Positions 60,901 to 63,721 of a stretch of 63,721 nucleotides of DNA are shown here, in pieces (position 1 is the first letter of the stretch; each line of letters begins with the position of its first letter). Both the position numbers and the translations under genes were made by a program. The stretch is from Fonticula alba ATCC 38817. Lineage: Eukaryota; Protista; Nucleariida. The stretch lies in the NCBI GenBank assembly GCA_000388065.2, contig KB932204.1; one strand, written 5' to 3'. Under the pieces are notes generated by a model. That model ran no database searches and was not told the origin of the DNA. It was given only the letters and a program-made list of their open reading frames with translations.

Positions 60901-63721
60901 CTGCCGGTGGCGTTCCTCCCCCCCCCCCTCTCGCGGTCGGTGGTCCGAGGCCGGCGGCAGCCAGGGGCGAGGGGCCGGCGCCGCCACCGGCGTAGTTGAG
61001 CCATGAACGTGGCCTGCCTCGCGCGCGCTTTTTCGTTCCCCTCGCGGGCGGGAGTGGGAGTGGTCGTCCGCACGCTCACCGCCTTCCCCCCCCCCGCCCG
61101 GCCCATCTTCACCACAGCCGCGGACCGCGCCTCGGAACGGGTCGCCCCCCCCCCCGACCGGGGAGGGCAAGTTCATGACAACGGCCGGACTTACCTTTTT
61201 ATTGGCTGGGGGCGTGGCGTGTGCGTAGGTGGACCCGTGCGGTGTGTGACGCGTGCGTGTCCGGATTTGGCAGCACCCCAAGAGCGCAGGTTGGTCTGCC
61301 TCCGCCCCCCCCCCCCCGCCCCCCCTGGCCGGAAGGCGGGGGCCACGCCTGGGCTGCAGCCCAGACGCGGCCTGGAGACAGGGACATCTGCGCCCCGGCC
61401 GGGGTGCAGCCGTTTCCGATGCCAAGAGCGCCGACTTGGCTTTGGTCCATCCGCCCTGCGGGGCTGGCGGGGCGCCACACACGGACGCATGCCGATGTGC
61501 CTTTGCGTGGACCGGGACAGCCGGCGGCCTCGCGGCCCTGTCGGCCAAGCCGATGCTCATCCAGGCCCACGGGCACACATTCACAGGTACCCCAGCCTCC
61601 TGGGCGACCACCGCGAGGGAGAGAGGGGCAGGGGCTGAGTCATCTGGCAGCCCGCCCGACGAGGCTGTCCGCCCGCAGAGGCAGGAGGGGCCCTCTGGCG
61701 CCCGGACACTCTCCCCCAGGGTGGAAGAAGGGGCGCCGCCGGGCAGGCCGCGCCGGCCGTCTCTCGGGGTGCAGGGGCTCGGCTATATTGTCCGTGTGTG
61801 ACCGACAGGCCGGCTATTCCGAGGCAGCCAGCGCGGGCAAATGTGCATCTACGCCGCGCGGCGAGGGGCACCACGCCCCCCCCCCCCCCCCCCCCCCNNN
61901 NNNNNNNNNNNNNNNNNNNNNNNNNNNNNNNNNNNNNNNNNNNNNNNNNNNNNNNNNNNNNNNNNNNNNNNNNNNNNNNNNNNNNNNNNNNNNNNNNNNN
62001 NNNNNNNNNNNNNNNNNNNNNNNNNNNNNNNNNNNNNNNNNNNNNNNNNNNNNNNNNNNNNNNNNNNNNNNNNNNNNNNNNNNNNNNNNNNNNNNNNNNN
62101 NNNNNNNNNNNNNNNNNNNNNNNNNNNNNNNNNNNNNNNNNNNNNNNNNNNNNNNNNNNNNNNNNNNNNNNNNNNNNNNNNNNNNNNNNNNNNNNNNNNN
62201 NNNNNNNNNNNNNNNNNNNNNNNNNNNNNNNNNNNNNNNNNNNNNNNNNNNNNNNNNNNNNNNNNNNNNNNNNNNNNNNNNNNNNNNNNNNNNNNNNNNN
62301 NNNNNNNNNNNNNNNNNNNNNNNNNNNNNNNNNNNNNNNNNNNNNNNNNNNNNNNNNNNNNNNNNNNNNNNNNNNNNNNNNNNNNNNNNNNNNNNNNNNN
62401 NNNNNNNNNNNNNNNNNNNNNNNNNNNNNNNNNNNNNNNNNNNNNNNNNNNNNNNNNNNNNNNNNNNNNNNNNNNNNNNNNNNNNNNNNNNNNNNNNNNN
62501 NNNNNNNNNNNNNNNNNNNNNNNNNNNNNNNNNNNNNNNNNNNNNNNNNNNNNNNNNNNNNNNNNNNNNNNNNNNNNNNNNNNNNNNNNNNNNNNNNNNN
62601 NNNNNNNNNNNNNNNNNNNNNNNNNNNNNNNNNNNNNNNNNNNNNNNNNNNNNNNNNNNNNNNNNNNNNNNNNNNNNNNNNNNNNNNNNNNNNNNNNNNN
62701 NNNNNNNNNNNNNNNNNNNNNNNNNNNNNNNNNNNNNNNNNGCGGTGCGGTGGTTTCCTGCCTGGCGGGCAGTGTGCGTCCCGCCCCCCCGCCTCCCCGC
62801 CCCCCTCGGCTCCCTCACCAGATGCTCGGTCGGCGACCCCGGGTACCCCACCCCGGGTTGGGGGCACCCCACGATTTGGCCCGCGCCCTTTTCCTTCGCC
62901 CGCGCGCGCGCGCGAAAAGGGGGGCGAGTAGCGCGCTGCCGGCGGGCGCACTTTTTTAGCACCGGAGCAAGTTGTGGGCATTTTATGCGCATGCTCCCCT
63001 CGCCCAAGAATACATCTCCAGTTGCGGCTGGCAAGTCGACCCCACCTGCCGGTGTGTCGGCATGGCGTCGTCTCCCGACCTTTGGTTCCCGTGCCTCCAG
63101 GTGCAGGCGCCCAGGGACATGCCAGATCTGGTCCGGGGCGGGGAGCGGGGGAGGGGGGGCGGGCGGGCGGGCGGGCGGGCGGGCGGGCCCGGCCGCGGCT
63201 CCCTCGCCGCCCAGGGGGATCCGATGCCGCCTGCCCTGGGGCGCCCAAGTGCTTGATTTTCCCGCTCGCCAGGCCTCTCGCGCCGCGGCTTCGTGGCTGC
63301 GGGCCACGTTGGCACCCCCGGACAATGGTTGCCAGGGCGCAGGAGGCGGGGCCACGCACAGTGTGTCCACATGCTGATACGCACATGTGCACAAATACGC
63401 ATATGTATTCATCCGGCGCTCGCTCGCACGCACGTACGCACGCCCGGCTGGCCACACCCACGCTGGCATACACGGGCAGACCGAGGGAGCAAAATACACT
63501 TGCGTGCACACAGACACCCACAGTCGCCGGCGCGAGGGCCCCTCTGCCGCGATGGGTCCCCAAGGGCCTTCGAGACCGCGGAGGCGCACCTCACCCAGCC
63601 CCCCTACCCAGGCGGGCGCGGACGCTTGTTCCCCGCCCGGCGCACCCACCCGACAAGCGCACCGCAGAAGGGTTGGTTATAGGTATTCCCCCGCCCCCCG
63701 GGTCCCGCCCCCCCCCTCCAC

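Overview
Eukaryotic draft-genome window. It is GC-rich and has GT-AG spliceosomal introns packed with (CT)n/(CA)n/(GT)n and poly-C/G tracts. It contains nine N gaps (7150-7420, 9724-9788, 20707-21029, 22637-22786, about 29628-29721, 35754-35763, 51987-52017, 58108-58375, 61898-62741). I spliced genes by hand from the six-frame track and recognised families from remembered motifs; no database search was run. Fifteen genes or gene fragments are supported, in order: PH-like+REM+CDC25 RasGEF (+), akirin (+), small stand-alone SET protein (-), CDC73 (+), WDR24/Sea2 (-), bacterial-type metallophosphoesterase (-), Pom152-like nuclear pore protein (-), MED27-like (+), GNAT-fold protein (-), POLE2 (+), NAC-beta/BTF3 (-), an isolated COPA fragment (+), LYRM5/ETFRF1 (-), BCP1/BCCIP (+) and RPS23 (-). 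A fungal-type Pom152 together with an animal-type akirin, plus the sequence style, suggests a non-fungal holomycotan such as Fonticula (inference). The biological highlights are an akirin whose proteasome-binding-type C-terminus (SYLN) is supplied by an 11-nt last exon, a probable bacterial-origin intron-containing metallophosphoesterase, and a MED27 with an H1-like tail and a split zinc finger. Several oddities are assembly artefacts: an embedded Illumina adapter, swapped blocks inside WDR24, and a truncated COPA. I found no tRNA, rRNA, CRISPR array or recognisable transposase. I cannot claim a complete new multi-gene system from this window.
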